From an uncultured Phycisphaerales bacterium (lineage in GTDB: Bacteria > Planctomycetota > Phycisphaerae > Tepidisphaerales > Tepidisphaeraceae): a DNA stretch of 64,000 nt. Location: positions 480,001 to 544,000 of the forward strand of contig CAVWLP010000003.1 of NCBI GenBank assembly GCA_963755915.1, given 5' to 3'. Position numbers and translations under genes: made by a program. Positions within the stretch are counted from its first letter, which is position 1. The number at the start of each line of letters is the position of its first letter. The notes below the pieces were generated by a model. The model ran no database searches, was not told where the DNA came from, and saw nothing but the letters and a program-made list of their open reading frames with translations. Positions 39,001 to 50,411 of the stretch are shown here, piece after piece.

Positions 39001-39933
39001 ATGACTAAACACAAATCATCCACGAACGGTCACAAGAACGGCAGCCATTCGCCAGCATATCGGACGGAGTCCCGGCTCAAGCCGCCATTCCCTCCACAGC
39101 ATCAGCCCAAACCGGGCATGGAATATAAAATCCATCCGCGCCCCCAGTTCCTTGCTCCGCGCTACCGCGCTGCCGGCAAACTGGAAGGAAAAGTTGCCCT
39201 CATTACCGGAGGCGATAGCGGCATTGGCCGCGCTGTCGCAAACTTATACGCCCGGGAAGGGGCGGATGTCGCAATCGTATTTCTGCCGGCAGAATCGGTC
39301 GATGCGAACGAAACCAAGCGCATCGTGGAAGCGTGCGGGCGGATGTGCATGCTAATTCCTGGCGATTTGACCGACCGCGCATTTTGCGAAAAGGCGGTCA
39401 AGCAGACCGTGCGCGAATTGGGAAGCCTGGACATCCTTGTAAGCAATGCCGCCTATCAGAACCGCGTGCCGGCCCTGGAAAAAGTGACGGATGAAGAATT
39501 TGATGTCACCTTCAAAACAAACATTTACGCCTATTTCTATTTGTGCCGCGCCGCAATCAAGCACATGAAACGCGGCAGCGCAATTATTGTCACCAGTTCC
39601 GAAACTGGGCTGGAAGGCGCGGAGCATCTGCTCGCCTATTCCGCGACCAAAGGCGCGATCAATGCGTTCACCAAAACCCTGTCAATGGAATTGGCGCAGA
39701 AAGGCATCCGCGTCAATGCGGTCGCACCTGGTCCGGTCTGGACCCCGCTAAATACGGCGGATACCGGTCATCCCGCCAAAAAAGTGAGCGAGTTCGGCAA
39801 GAAAACATTGTTTAAGAGGCCCGCCCAGCCGGAAGAAATCGCTCCGGCGTATGTCTTTTTTGCTTCGGATGCGGACTCAAGCTTCATCACCGGAGTCGTC
39901 CTCCCCGAGATGGGAAATCCAATTGCGGGCTAA
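39001..39933 (+). CDS. SDR oxidoreductase (general-stress YdaD/YhdF-like)
   Basis: TGGDSGIG, SNAA, YSATK, VNAVAPGPVWT. Confidence 0.92.
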   Translation: MTKHKSSTNGHKNGSHSPAYRTESRLKPPFPPQHQPKPGMEYKIHPRPQFLAPRYRAAGKLEGKVALITGGDSGIGRAVANLYAREGADVAIVFLPAESVDANETKRIVEACGRMCMLIPGDLTDRAFCEKAVKQTVRELGSLDILVSNAAYQNRVPALEKVTDEEFDVTFKTNIYAYFYLCRAAIKHMKRGSAIIVTSSETGLEGAEHLLAYSATKGAINAFTKTLSMELAQKGIRVNAVAPGPVWTPLNTADTGHPAKKVSEFGKKTLFKRPAQPEEIAPAYVFFASDADSSFITGVVLPEMGNPIAG

Positions 39934-39950
39934 AGAGCGTCGAGTTATAC

Positions 39951-42481
39951 ATGAGCTTGAAGACTTACAAACAAAAGCGTAACTTCAGCGTCACACCGGA
40001 GCCCGAAGGCGCGGCAGCGAAAAAGCATTCCGCTGGCCTGCAATATGTGATTCAAAAGCACGATGCCTCGCGGCTTCATTACGATTTTCGCCTGGAGCTG
40101 AACGGATCGCTGAAGAGTTGGGCCGTGCCGAAGGGGCCGTCGCTTGATCCCACCCGCAAAGCGCTGGCCGTGCAAGTCGAAGACCACCCGATTGAATACG
40201 GCAACTTCGAAGGGGTCATTCCCAACGGCCAATACGGCGGAGGAACCGTCTTGCTATGGGACCGCGGATACTGGGAACCGCTTGGCGATCCAACGCAGGG
40301 CTACGATCAGGGCAAGCTTCATTTCATCCTGCATGGCGAAAAGCTTCACGGTGAATGGAGTTTGGTTCGCATGCACGGCCGATCAGGCGAAGACGGAAAA
40401 AACTGGCTGCTCATGAAACTCAACGACCGTTACGCCAGCAAAACGCGAGATATCCTTGCCGATGCGCCGCAGAGCGTGAAGTCCAAACGCAGCCTGGAGA
40501 AAATCTCCGGCGATCGTGACGACGTCTGGAACGGCCAAGCCAGGGAGGCATCCAAACTCGCCAATGCCCGCAAGTCTGGAATTCCCGACAAGATCGCTCC
40601 ACAGCTAGCCGTGCTCGCTGAACATCCACCACAAGGCAAGGAATGGCTTCATGAAATCAAGTTCGATGGCTACCGTCTTTTGGCGTTTGTTAAGTCCGGA
40701 AAAGTCACACTCTACACCCGCAATGGATTGGACTGGACCAGAAAATTCTCCGGTATTGCCAAGGCAATCGCCAAACTCAAAGTCGACTCGGCGGTCGTGG
40801 ATGGCGAAGCCGTGGTACTCGATGATAAAGGTCGGAGTGATTTTCAGGCTCTACAGGCCATGCTAAAGGATAAGAGTAACGCCTCACCCACATTTTTCGC
40901 GTTCGATCTTCTGTTTTGCGATGGCATCGATCTTCGTCAAGTGCCGCTGATCCAGCGCAAGGAGACACTGAAGAGCATTCTCGATCGAAGCAAGCTTGCG
41001 CCGACCATTAATTTTAGCGAGCATGTGCAAGGCGAAGGAGAGAAGGTCGTCACCAAAGCATGCGAGATGTCTTTGGAAGGCATCGTGTCAAAACGAGCCG
41101 ATGCACCCTATGTCTCCCGTCGCGATCCAACCTGGCTTAAAAGCAAATGTGGTAACCGCCAGGAGTTCATCATCATTGGTTATACCGATCCTCAAGGCGC
41201 GCGGAGCGGCTTTGGCTCACTGCTCCTGGGGTATCACGATGAGAAAAGACGACTCGTTTATGCCGGTCGGGTTGGAACCGGATTCGATGAGGCAAGGCTT
41301 AAACAATTGATCGGAAAACTGCGCGATATCGACCAAGACAAGCCTCCGACGGATGTGTTGCCGCCGGTTCGCGAACGGCGGGCCGCACATTGGGTCAAAC
41401 CGGAATTGGTGGCCGAGGTGCGTTTTTCCAATTGGACGCGAGATGGCATGTTGCGTCATCCCGCGTTTATCGCCGTTCGTTCAGACAAGCCGCAATCACA
41501 AATTGTGCGAGAAAAACCTATTGCGCCGGAAAAGACAAAAACCCACGCGAATGGAGATGGCGATCATAGGCGCCATTCGGTCAGCGCCGCGGATGAGCAG
41601 ATTGCCGGCGTGAAGCTTACACATCCTGACAAAATTCTCTTTGCCGACGCGCAGGTGACCAAGCAGGACGTTGCCGACTATTATCAATTCGTCCAGCAAT
41701 GGATGTTGCCGCATGTCATTGATCGTCCCCTGGCGTTGCTGCGCTGTCCCAACGGCATTTCCGGCAAATGTTTTTTCCAGCGGAACTGGAGCGAAACGAT
41801 GCCTGGCGCGGTCGGCAAGGTGGATGTGGGTGATGGAAAAACCAAAGAGCAGCATGTCGTCATCAACGACCTGAGCGGGCTTATTTCCCTGGTCCAGATC
41901 AGCGTGCTGGAGATCCATATATGGAATTGCAGAACCAGTGACATTGAACATCCCGATCAACTGATCTTCGATCTGGATCCCGGCCCAAATGTTCCATGGA
42001 AGCGGGTTGTGGAAGGCGCACGGAAACTCAATCGCATGTTGACGTCTTTGAAACTGCCCACGTTTCTGAAAACCTCAGGGGGTAAGGGACTGCACGTGAC
42101 GATCCCCGTCAAGCCGAACATTGATTGGGATTCCGCCAAGTCGTTCTGCCGAACCATCGCCGTCGCGTTAGCCGAGCAATCGGATTGGTTCGTCGCGAAC
42201 ATGCGAAAGGATTTACGGGACGGCAAGATCTACATTGATTTTAACCGCAACGGTCATTTCGCGACGGCTGTTGCGCCGTATTCAACACGCGGCCGCGCCG
42301 GCGCCCGGTTTCGATGCCGATCGCATGGGATGAATTGGGAAAACTCAAATCAGCGGGCGATTTCACGGTAAAAAACGCGGCCCGACATTTGGCCAAACGT
42401 CGCAAAGACCCATGGGCAGATTTCGAAAATTCGCGCGTGGATGTACGTAAAATCGTTGGTAAGGGTAATTCCCCAAGTTAA
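39951..42481 (+). CDS. ligD: NHEJ DNA ligase D (phosphoesterase-ligase-polymerase); frameshift near 42305
   Basis: QKHDASRLHYDFRLE, EIKFDGYR, LEGIVSK, FDLDP, KTSGGKGLH; shifted frame continues PVSMPIAWDEL to TAA 42481. Confidence 0.95.
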
Positions 42482-42491
42482 GGAGAAGTTT

Positions 42492-43358
42492 ATGGCTCGC
42501 CCCATTTGGCAGGGTTCTATTACATTTGGGCTCGTCAACATCCCCATCCAATTGCAGATGGCCGTTCACGACAAGGCCATTAACTTCCACATGATGTCAC
42601 AAGACGGAACCTGCCGCTTGCGACGTAAATTGTATTGCCCGGAAACCGGCAAGGAATTCGACTTCGGCGAAACCGCCCGCGGCATCGAGATCGCAAAAGG
42701 GGAATATGCCATCGTCGATGAAAAAGAGATTAAGCGGCTCAAGCCCGAGCGCGGCCACGCGATTGAAATAGCCCAATTCATCCAGCAACAGGAAGTTGAC
42801 CCGCTATATTTTGATCGCGTCTATTATGTAGTTCCCACGGATGCCAGCATTAAGGCTTACAAGCTTCTTCACGAGGCCATGACGCGAAGCAAGCGAATCG
42901 CACTGGCCCATTTTGTGATGCGCGAACGCCAATATCTGTCAATTATTCGACCGTTAGGTGATGGTTTAGTTTTACACACGATGCACTATGCCGATGAAGT
43001 GCTATCCCTAGACGATGCGCTGCCGGGAGCATTGTCGCGCACCAAATCGGGAGCCAAGGAAATTCAGGCAGCCGAGCAGTTGATCCAGACGATGACTCAC
43101 CGGCTTGATTTGTCCAGCTTCAAGGATGAATACCGCCGACAGGTTGAAGAATTGATTGATCGCAAAAAACGCGGACAAACGGTTGAGGTTGCAGATCAGC
43201 CGGATAAACCGCTCCCGCCCACCGTCAATCTCATGGATGCTCTTCGGCGGTCCTTAAAATCGACGCCTGCTCACTCGAACGGCAATAGCAACGGCCATCA
43301 CCCCACCCGCAATCGTATCGTCCGTCGAAAACGTCCCGCCCATGCCAGGAGACGCTGA
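42492..43358 (+). CDS. ku: NHEJ Ku protein
   Basis: ARPIWQGSITFGLVNIP, YFDRVYY, FKDEYR, VNLMDALRRSL, basic tail; AAGGAG RBS. Confidence 0.95.
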   Translation: MARPIWQGSITFGLVNIPIQLQMAVHDKAINFHMMSQDGTCRLRRKLYCPETGKEFDFGETARGIEIAKGEYAIVDEKEIKRLKPERGHAIEIAQFIQQQEVDPLYFDRVYYVVPTDASIKAYKLLHEAMTRSKRIALAHFVMRERQYLSIIRPLGDGLVLHTMHYADEVLSLDDALPGALSRTKSGAKEIQAAEQLIQTMTHRLDLSSFKDEYRRQVEELIDRKKRGQTVEVADQPDKPLPPTVNLMDALRRSLKSTPAHSNGNSNGHHPTRNRIVRRKRPAHARRR

Positions 43359-43375
43359 TAGGGGGGCGACTCCCG

Positions 43376-44683
43376 TCATAAACTGGACAGGAGTTGCTTC
43401 GCTGCCCGTTGACCGCTGGCCAATGCGCCCGCGACGGTGCTGGCCTGCCCCGACGTATCCAGCGCCTCGCCCGCGAAGAAGAGTGTGTCATCGATGGGCT
43501 TGGAGAGCTTGGAACGTGCGGCCATTCCACCGACACCCACATAGCTATAAGCGCCGCGCGCCAAGGGATCAGAACCCCAATCGTAGCAATGGAATTGCTC
43601 AATCATCCCCTTGAGCTGCGGTCGCCGAATCTTGACCATGGCCGTCAATGAGTCAATCGCGGCTCGCAGCAGATCATCCTTGGAATATCCCGCCATCGCC
43701 ATTGCTTTGGGACCGCCGGCCCATGCGGTCAATACCGGGGCCCGGAGCGGGCGCATCGTCCACCAAGTGGGAAACATCGCGCTCGGATCATGCAAGAATG
43801 CCGCGTCCCGCATGTGGTCGCTCTTTTCCCAAAACGACTCACTGAATCGAAGAATCGCCTTGACCACCGGTCCTGACACAAGCTGCATCGCCATGTTTCG
43901 CCAGGCAGTGATATCCGGACTGAAGCGAACGGCCTGCCGGTGCTCCGGCGGAATCTGCAGCACGCCTAGCGGCAAGGTGGTGAGTGCGCGTCTGCCTCGT
44001 ATCGTCTTTCGTGATCGCGCCAGTCGAATCTCCACCGACGATTTTTCCCAGTTAACTTCAGATATAGGCGACCCGAGAAGAACTTTGACTCGCTTGCGGT
44101 CAAGTGAGCGATACAGGTAATCGATAAGCGAGCCATATCCATGCAGCAATCGAAATTGTGTTTCGTCTTCCACATCCCCAATACCTTGCTGCTCCTCCGC
44201 CAAAGACTTGGCGCTGATCTTTTCCGTATCAGCGGCATCGAAACCCTCGACAAAGCTGGTCGCAAATTGCCGCGCCTCGCGGTCCGATTTATGCGAATGT
44301 TTTTCACGCAGGTACTGAGCGAAACTCTTGTCAGCTTTTCCCAAATGAGTCAATCCCCGCATTACTTTGCCGAGCTGTGAATCAATGTCCGGTATATCCG
44401 TGAGCCGACCCCGATGACCCCACATATGGGCGAAAGGCAAATCGAACGCGAGCAAACCGGCATCGTGAAGCAGTCGCCAGGTGACTTCGGGACGCCCGTG
44501 AATAAATTCGGCTCCCAGTTCGATCGGCATACCAAGCTTTGAATCACGAAGTGTGAGAATTCGCCCGCCGATTCGATCACGAGCTTCTAGAATCAGCACG
44601 CTCCAGCTGGCCTGGGACAAAAGTTGCGCAGCAGCCAACCCCGATGCGCCTGCGCCGACAACAATGACATCTGCTTTTGTCAT
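43376..44683 (-). CDS. Flavin monoamine oxidase family protein
   Basis: VGAGASGLAAA, EARDRIGGRI, ELGAEFIHG, GAYSY, FFAGEA. Confidence 0.9.
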   Translation of the reverse strand: MTKADVIVVGAGASGLAAAQLLSQASWSVLILEARDRIGGRILTLRDSKLGMPIELGAEFIHGRPEVTWRLLHDAGLLAFDLPFAHMWGHRGRLTDIPDIDSQLGKVMRGLTHLGKADKSFAQYLREKHSHKSDREARQFATSFVEGFDAADTEKISAKSLAEEQQGIGDVEDETQFRLLHGYGSLIDYLYRSLDRKRVKVLLGSPISEVNWEKSSVEIRLARSRKTIRGRRALTTLPLGVLQIPPEHRQAVRFSPDITAWRNMAMQLVSGPVVKAILRFSESFWEKSDHMRDAAFLHDPSAMFPTWWTMRPLRAPVLTAWAGGPKAMAMAGYSKDDLLRAAIDSLTAMVKIRRPQLKGMIEQFHCYDWGSDPLARGAYSYVGVGGMAARSKLSKPIDDTLFFAGEALDTSGQASTVAGALASGQRAAKQLLSSL

Positions 44684-44767
44684 TCAATTGATGTTACATG
44701 CGAAAGTTGCCCGTGACAGCGCATTTTAAGCGCTCCCGCGATGACGGATTCCGCCTAAAGTTTGGAC

Positions 44768-46306
44768 ATGAAGAGTCCGGACGGCGCGACTTTCCCATTT
44801 TGGTACGACTCCGCGAAGATTCCAAACGGCCAGCCAGCGCGCCGCAAAATGGATTCAGATGTATGCGTCGTGGGGGCGGGAATCGCCGGCCTTACGACGG
44901 CTTATTTCCTCGCCAAGGAAGGCAAGTCCGTCATCGTGTTGGATGAGGGGCCGATCGCAAGTGGGCAAACCGGCCGAACCAGCGCACACTTGGCGAGCGC
45001 TATCGACGACCGATTCTATGAAATTGAACGATTGCACGGCAAAGAAAAAACTCGTCTCGCGTACGAGAGTCATGCCGCCGCCATCGATACGATCGAACGA
45101 ATATCTCATGAAGAGAAGATCGAGTGCGAATTCAAAAGGCTGAATGCGTTCTTGAGTCCTTTGCAGTCTGATCCGCCGGATTTACTGCATCGGGAACTTG
45201 CCGCTGCAAAGCGGGCTGGATTTGCTGACGTTGAGATACTTTCTGGGGGAGGATTGGATAAAGGGCGCTGCCTTCGCTTTGGGAACCAAGCGCGGTTTCA
45301 TCCTCTGCTTTATATGATGGGGCTTGCGGAAGCATTGAAGCGGAAAGGCGTGCGAATTTATATCGGACGGCGGGTCAACGATGTGCAAGGCGCGGACCCA
45401 AAGAAGAAAAAACGCGGGAAGATCGCGGTCCAAGGGCTGCGAGGCTATTTCACGGCTGACCATATCGTCGTCGCAACCAACACTCCTTCTCCGATCAACG
45501 ACTGGTTCGGCATTTATACGAAGCAGGCATCTTATCGAAGTTATGTCATCGGCATGGAGGTGGCGCGCGGAAGTGTGCCTGATGCCCTCTATTGGGATAC
45601 CGGCGATCCATATCATTACGTACGCCTTGCGCCCGCCCGAGGCAGATCTCGCAAGGATATTCTTTTGATCGGAGGCGAAGATCACAAAACCGGCCAGGAA
45701 CCGGTGAGCGGCGCGCCCTTTCTAAATCTTGAAACCTGGGCGCGGCAGAAGTTTCTCATGATTGGCGCAACCCGTTATCGCTGGTCTGGGCAGGTGCAGG
45801 AGCCGGCGGATGGACTCGCCTTCATCGGACGTGCGCTCACAAAGGGCCGGGAAGTCTTCGTTTGCACGGGAGACAGCGGGATGGGCCTGACCCACGGCAC
45901 CATTGCGGGATTGCTCATCACTGATCTCATCGTGGGACGCCCAAATCCCTGGGAAAACCTTTACGACCCGTCACGCAAAATTCTGAATGCCGAATTTGTG
46001 CGTGAAAATGCCAACACACTGGCGCAATATAAAGACCTTGTGACGGGCGGCGATGTTGCCTCGATAGAAGATATCCCCGCTGGTCAAGGCGCGGTGATGC
46101 GGCAGGGAACTCATAAAATCGCGGTCTATCGCTCGCCTTCAGGGAAAATTCATCGCTGTTCTGCCATCTGTACGCATTTGCAGTGCGTGGTCCATTGGAA
46201 TTCGGTGGAGAAGAGTTGGGATTGTCCGTGCCACGGAAGCCGATTCGACCCTGTTGGTAAAGTGCTGATGGGTCCGGCGATAGATGATCTTCCACCGGTT
46301 CGATAG
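44768..46306 (+). CDS. FAD-dependent oxidoreductase with C-terminal Rieske domain (YhfW-like)
   Basis: [21 protein letters not shown], Rieske [16 protein letters not shown]. Confidence 0.92.
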   Translation: MKSPDGATFPFWYDSAKIPNGQPARRKMDSDVCVVGAGIAGLTTAYFLAKEGKSVIVLDEGPIASGQTGRTSAHLASAIDDRFYEIERLHGKEKTRLAYESHAAAIDTIERISHEEKIECEFKRLNAFLSPLQSDPPDLLHRELAAAKRAGFADVEILSGGGLDKGRCLRFGNQARFHPLLYMMGLAEALKRKGVRIYIGRRVNDVQGADPKKKKRGKIAVQGLRGYFTADHIVVATNTPSPINDWFGIYTKQASYRSYVIGMEVARGSVPDALYWDTGDPYHYVRLAPARGRSRKDILLIGGEDHKTGQEPVSGAPFLNLETWARQKFLMIGATRYRWSGQVQEPADGLAFIGRALTKGREVFVCTGDSGMGLTHGTIAGLLITDLIVGRPNPWENLYDPSRKILNAEFVRENANTLAQYKDLVTGGDVASIEDIPAGQGAVMRQGTHKIAVYRSPSGKIHRCSAICTHLQCVVHWNSVEKSWDCPCHGSRFDPVGKVLMGPAIDDLPPVR

Positions 46307-46307
46307 G

Positions 46308-46883
46308 CTAGCGGGCGCGTTTTGCGCGTCGGCGCTTTTTGTGATGAAGTTTCGCAAATTTTCTCATGCCTTGTTTAGCCAGCGATTCCGCACGATGGCG
46401 ACCATGGAAGCCAATCAGTTTGAATTTCTTGCCGGTCTGTGTGTTGTATGATTTGAAAAATCGCTCGATCTCGTCAAGCATTTGCTGATCGAGATCTTTG
46501 ATCGAACGCACTTTGCCATAACGCTGTGTCTCGAGCGGCACGGCCACCAGACGATCGTTCCTTTCCGCTTCGCCATTTTTCTCTGTTTGCTCTGCCTCAA
46601 TCACACCAACGAGTCGAGACAAAATCAAACAGCCGCAAAATGTGGGCTGATCCATTAACAACAAAACATCAAGGGGATCCCCATCATCCCCGGTTGTGGA
46701 CGGCAGAAATCCAAAATCGAAGGGGAAAACCATTCCTTCGGGAAGCACTTTGGCAAGCTGGAAACAGCAGAAATCTTCGCTGTATTTATACTTATTCCGG
46801 CTGCCCTTGGGCGTTTCAATGACAACCCGCCATTCTGCGTTTTCGGGGTCGCACGTTTCGATACATTCGGGAGTCTTGAGCAT
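46308..46883 (-). CDS. ppa: Inorganic pyrophosphatase (family I)
   Basis: IETPKGSRNKY, FPFDFGFLP, DDGDPLDV; polybasic C-tail. Confidence 0.9.
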   Translation of the reverse strand: MLKTPECIETCDPENAEWRVVIETPKGSRNKYKYSEDFCCFQLAKVLPEGMVFPFDFGFLPSTTGDDGDPLDVLLLMDQPTFCGCLILSRLVGVIEAEQTEKNGEAERNDRLVAVPLETQRYGKVRSIKDLDQQMLDEIERFFKSYNTQTGKKFKLIGFHGRHRAESLAKQGMRKFAKLHHKKRRRAKRAR

Positions 46884-47015
46884 TGATCTCACAGTATAGG
46901 AGAGGCTGCCCGACGGGCGAACCCTGAAAATATGCAGTGTTTTTCGAAGGACCGAGAACTATCCCTGGAAAATTCGCCGATGCTGACTCCGGCCCATCGA
47001 CATAAGATAATTGTT

Positions 47016-48117
47016 ATGGCACTCCTCAGTATGCCAATGATTTCCAAGATGGATGTCGCCGTTTATCGGATTCCCACAGATGAGCCCGAATCGGATGGAA
47101 CATTGTCGTGGGACCATACCGATATCATGGTCACCGAGGTTCATGCCGCCGATCTAATTGGGCTTGGATGGAGCTATGCCTCGACCGCATCTGCGGCAAT
47201 GGCTACCGATCTTCTTAAGCCGGCCGTGCTGGGACGGTCCGCATTGTCTATCGAGCAAATCTGGCAGGAGATGAGTCATCGGCTTCGAAATGCAGGAAGG
47301 CCTGGCGCGGGGATGATGGCCGTCGCGGCGATCGACGTTGCGTTGTGGGATCTGAAAGCAGAGCTTCTCGGCGTTTCGCTCGTCGATTTGTTTGGGGCGG
47401 TCCGTGAAAGCGTTCCCGTCTATGGAAGCGGCGGATTCACGAGTTACACGCCACAAAAACTCCGCTGGCAATTGAGCAGTTGGGTCAAGGAAGGAATTCC
47501 TCGTGTCAAAATGAAAGTAGGCTGCGATGCGCAGGCCGACGGAGATCGCGTGCGCATGACTCGAAAAGCAATCGGCGACGATGCTGAGTTGTTTGTCGAT
47601 GCCAACGGGGGATATACGCGTAAACAGGCGTTGGCGATGGCTCAGCGATTTGCGCAAGAAAGCAATGTGACCTGGTTTGAAGAGCCGCGGCCGTCCGATG
47701 ATCTGGAGGGCCTGCGGCTTTTACGCGACCGGGGACCGGCGGGCATGGACATCGCGGCCGGTGAATACGGCGATACGCCAGGCTACTTTCGGCGCATGCT
47801 GGCCGCAGGCGCAGTTGATTGCCTTCAGGCCGATGTTACCCGATGCGGGGGCTATACCGGCTTTCTAAAAGTCGCCAGTCTTTCCGAGGCATTCAAGACG
47901 CCTCTTTCAGCGCACTGCGCTCCTCAATTGCACGCGCATGTCGGATGTGCGATTCAAGGACTTCGGCATGTCGAATATTTTCACGATCACGTTCGAATCA
48001 ATCAGATGCTATTCGACGGGATTCTTAAGCCCAAAAAAGGTCATCTGGAACCCGACCGCGCGCCCCGGTCATGGCATTAGTTTGAAGACCAAGGATGCTG
48101 CGCGTTATCGCATCTGA
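47016..48117 (+). CDS. Mandelate racemase/muconate lactonizing (enolase superfamily) protein; frameshift near 48058
   Basis: PESDGT, VYGSGGFTSY, KMKVG, VDANG, WFEEP, AAGEY, EYFHDH; shifted frame RPGHGISL..RYRI*. Confidence 0.9.
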
Positions 48118-48128
48118 AGGGCCACGAT

Positions 48129-49931
48129 TCATTTTCCCACGGAATGAGGGACCAGGCTTTCGACCATTCCTTTCATCGCCTGTTTGATAATACCGGGTCC
48201 ACTCGGATCGCCGCGAAGAATCGTCTCGGTGAAATTTTTCGCCTGCTGCATCGTAATATGTGGTGGCAATGTCGGAGTGTCGGGGTCTGTGATCGCTTCG
48301 ACGATCACGGGCCGATCACTGGCGAGCGCGCGGTCCCATGCGCCGGCGAGTTGATCCGGCTCTTTGACGCGGATGCCGCGCAAACCGATGGATTCGGCAA
48401 ATTCTGCATACGGGAAATCGGGTAATTCCTGGCTAGCCTTAAAACGGATATCGCCCATCATGATGCGCTGTTCCCAGGTCACCATATTCAAATCGCGGTT
48501 GTTCAGCACCAGCGTGATCCAGCGCGGGTCGGACCATTCCTTCCAATATTTGGCGACAGTGATGCAGGCGTTGAGGCCATTCATCTGCATCGCGCCGTCA
48601 CCGGTGACGGCGATGCAGACGCGATCAGGGAAACAGAATTTCGCGCCCAGAGCATAGGGGACGGCCGCACCCATGGTGGCAAGATTACCGCTGCCGCTGG
48701 CCATCATGCCGCGGCGAATTTTCAGATCGCGCGCGTACCAATTGGCGGTGGTCCCGCTATCGGCGGAAATAATACAGCGGTCGGGAAGTTTTGGGCTTAG
48801 TTCCCAGAAGACGCGCTCGGGATTGAGCAGGCCGTTGTTGCCGTCGTCATGAGCGCGGCCTTCAACCACTTTCCACCACTCTTTCACATTCTCAATCACT
48901 TCTTCCTGCCAGGATCGATCTTTCTTTCGGCGCATCAGCGGCATCAGCGCCGCCAATGTTTGCTTGGCGTCACCTTTGAGATTGACGTCCATCGGATAAC
49001 GCAGGCTCAGCAGCCGCCCATCAATGTCGATCTGCACGCCCTTGGCTTGCCCTGCCTTGGGATAAAACTCCGCATAAGGAAAACTGCTGCCGACCACCAG
49101 CAGAGCGTCGCATTCCCGCATCAAGTCCCAACTGGGCTTGGAGCCGAGCAAGCCGATGTGACCTGTACAGAAAGGGATGTCTTCTGCGATCACTGCTTTT
49201 CCCAGCCAGCTCTTGGCGACACCGGCGCCGAGCAATTCGGCAATCTCCAGCACCTCGTCCTGGGCATTTAATGCACCCTGGCCAACCAACATGGCGACTT
49301 TTTCCGCTTCATTCAGAATATCCGCCGCGGCGTGAAGGTCTTTTTCCAGAGGGATCATGTAGGGGACAGGACAGCCGACGCCGGATAGAGCATGGTCGTG
49401 GCGTTGCGGCGGATCGGGGACGGCCGATTCCTCCTGGATGTCTTTCGGAAAGATCAAGCAGGTGACCGCTTTCTGATCCATCGCGATGCGGAAGGCGCGA
49501 TCAATGCAATGACGAACAGCGGCCGGACTGCTGACGGTTATGCAATATTCGCTTGCCACATCCTTGAAGAGTGTTTGCAGGTCCACTTCCTGCTGATACT
49601 GGCTTCCGATGGCCGTCGTCGCGGATTGGCCAACGATGGCAACCACGGGCTGATGATCCATCTTGGCGTCGTAGAGTCCATTGAGCAGATGAATCGCGCC
49701 CGGACCGCTGGTCGCGAGACATACGCCGACTGTTCCGGTGAATTTCGCATGGGCGCAAGCCATGAATGCGGCCATTTCCTCGTGGCGGGCCTGAATGAAT
49801 CGAGGCTTGTTGTCATTCTTGCGCAATCCAGCGAGAAGCCCGTTGATTCCATCGCCGGGATATCCGTAGAGACGTTCAATTCCCCATTCCTGCATTCGTT
49901 GCATGACATATTGGCCGACGCTGATTGACAT
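48129..49931 (-). CDS. Thiamine pyrophosphate-requiring enzyme (pyruvate oxidase/PoxB-like)
   Basis: YGYPGDGING, RHEEMAAFMA, TSGPGAIHLLNGLYDA, GDGAMQMNG..LNN. Confidence 0.92.
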   Translation of the reverse strand: MSISVGQYVMQRMQEWGIERLYGYPGDGINGLLAGLRKNDNKPRFIQARHEEMAAFMACAHAKFTGTVGVCLATSGPGAIHLLNGLYDAKMDHQPVVAIVGQSATTAIGSQYQQEVDLQTLFKDVASEYCITVSSPAAVRHCIDRAFRIAMDQKAVTCLIFPKDIQEESAVPDPPQRHDHALSGVGCPVPYMIPLEKDLHAAADILNEAEKVAMLVGQGALNAQDEVLEIAELLGAGVAKSWLGKAVIAEDIPFCTGHIGLLGSKPSWDLMRECDALLVVGSSFPYAEFYPKAGQAKGVQIDIDGRLLSLRYPMDVNLKGDAKQTLAALMPLMRRKKDRSWQEEVIENVKEWWKVVEGRAHDDGNNGLLNPERVFWELSPKLPDRCIISADSGTTANWYARDLKIRRGMMASGSGNLATMGAAVPYALGAKFCFPDRVCIAVTGDGAMQMNGLNACITVAKYWKEWSDPRWITLVLNNRDLNMVTWEQRIMMGDIRFKASQELPDFPYAEFAESIGLRGIRVKEPDQLAGAWDRALASDRPVIVEAITDPDTPTLPPHITMQQAKNFTETILRGDPSGPGIIKQAMKGMVESLVPHSVGK

Positions 49932-49952
49932 GAGTGAAACTCCTTTTGGATA

Positions 49953-50411
49953 CTAAGATTTCTTAGAGCTACTTTGATCCAGGTCGATCAAAGGCAAACC
50001 AAATTCCGCGCGAAACGATTTGCGCAGATGGGCGGGTGATTCGATCACGATCAATTCCAAGGTCGGGCGAACGCGACCCTTCTGAAGATGCCCGCCATGC
50101 GCTGTTCCATCTCGTTTGGCAATACAGATATGGGCGTGGACGGAAGGTTTGCCTTTGAATTCCGCGACGTCGCCGATGAGACTCAACACTTCAACTTGCT
50201 CGGCAATTTGGATCGGCTGATAGGATTGCCGTTTCAAATCGAACCATGCGACGGTCACGTCGGCAAAAGCGCCGATTCCAGTAAAATGGGCCGTTGTCAG
50301 ATGCTCAGCTTCGGCAAACTCTTTCAGATCGGCCATTACTTCATCCTCCGTATCGAAGACGATCGCCCATTCGCGCCGGCCCGAGATTTTGCTGAGGAGT
50401 TTGGATTTCAT
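49953..50411 (-). CDS. PPC domain (DUF296) protein
   Basis: FTGIGA, EVLSLIGDV, HAHIC, GGHL, PTLE. Confidence 0.9.
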   Translation of the reverse strand: MKSKLLSKISGRREWAIVFDTEDEVMADLKEFAEAEHLTTAHFTGIGAFADVTVAWFDLKRQSYQPIQIAEQVEVLSLIGDVAEFKGKPSVHAHICIAKRDGTAHGGHLQKGRVRPTLELIVIESPAHLRKSFRAEFGLPLIDLDQSSSKKS

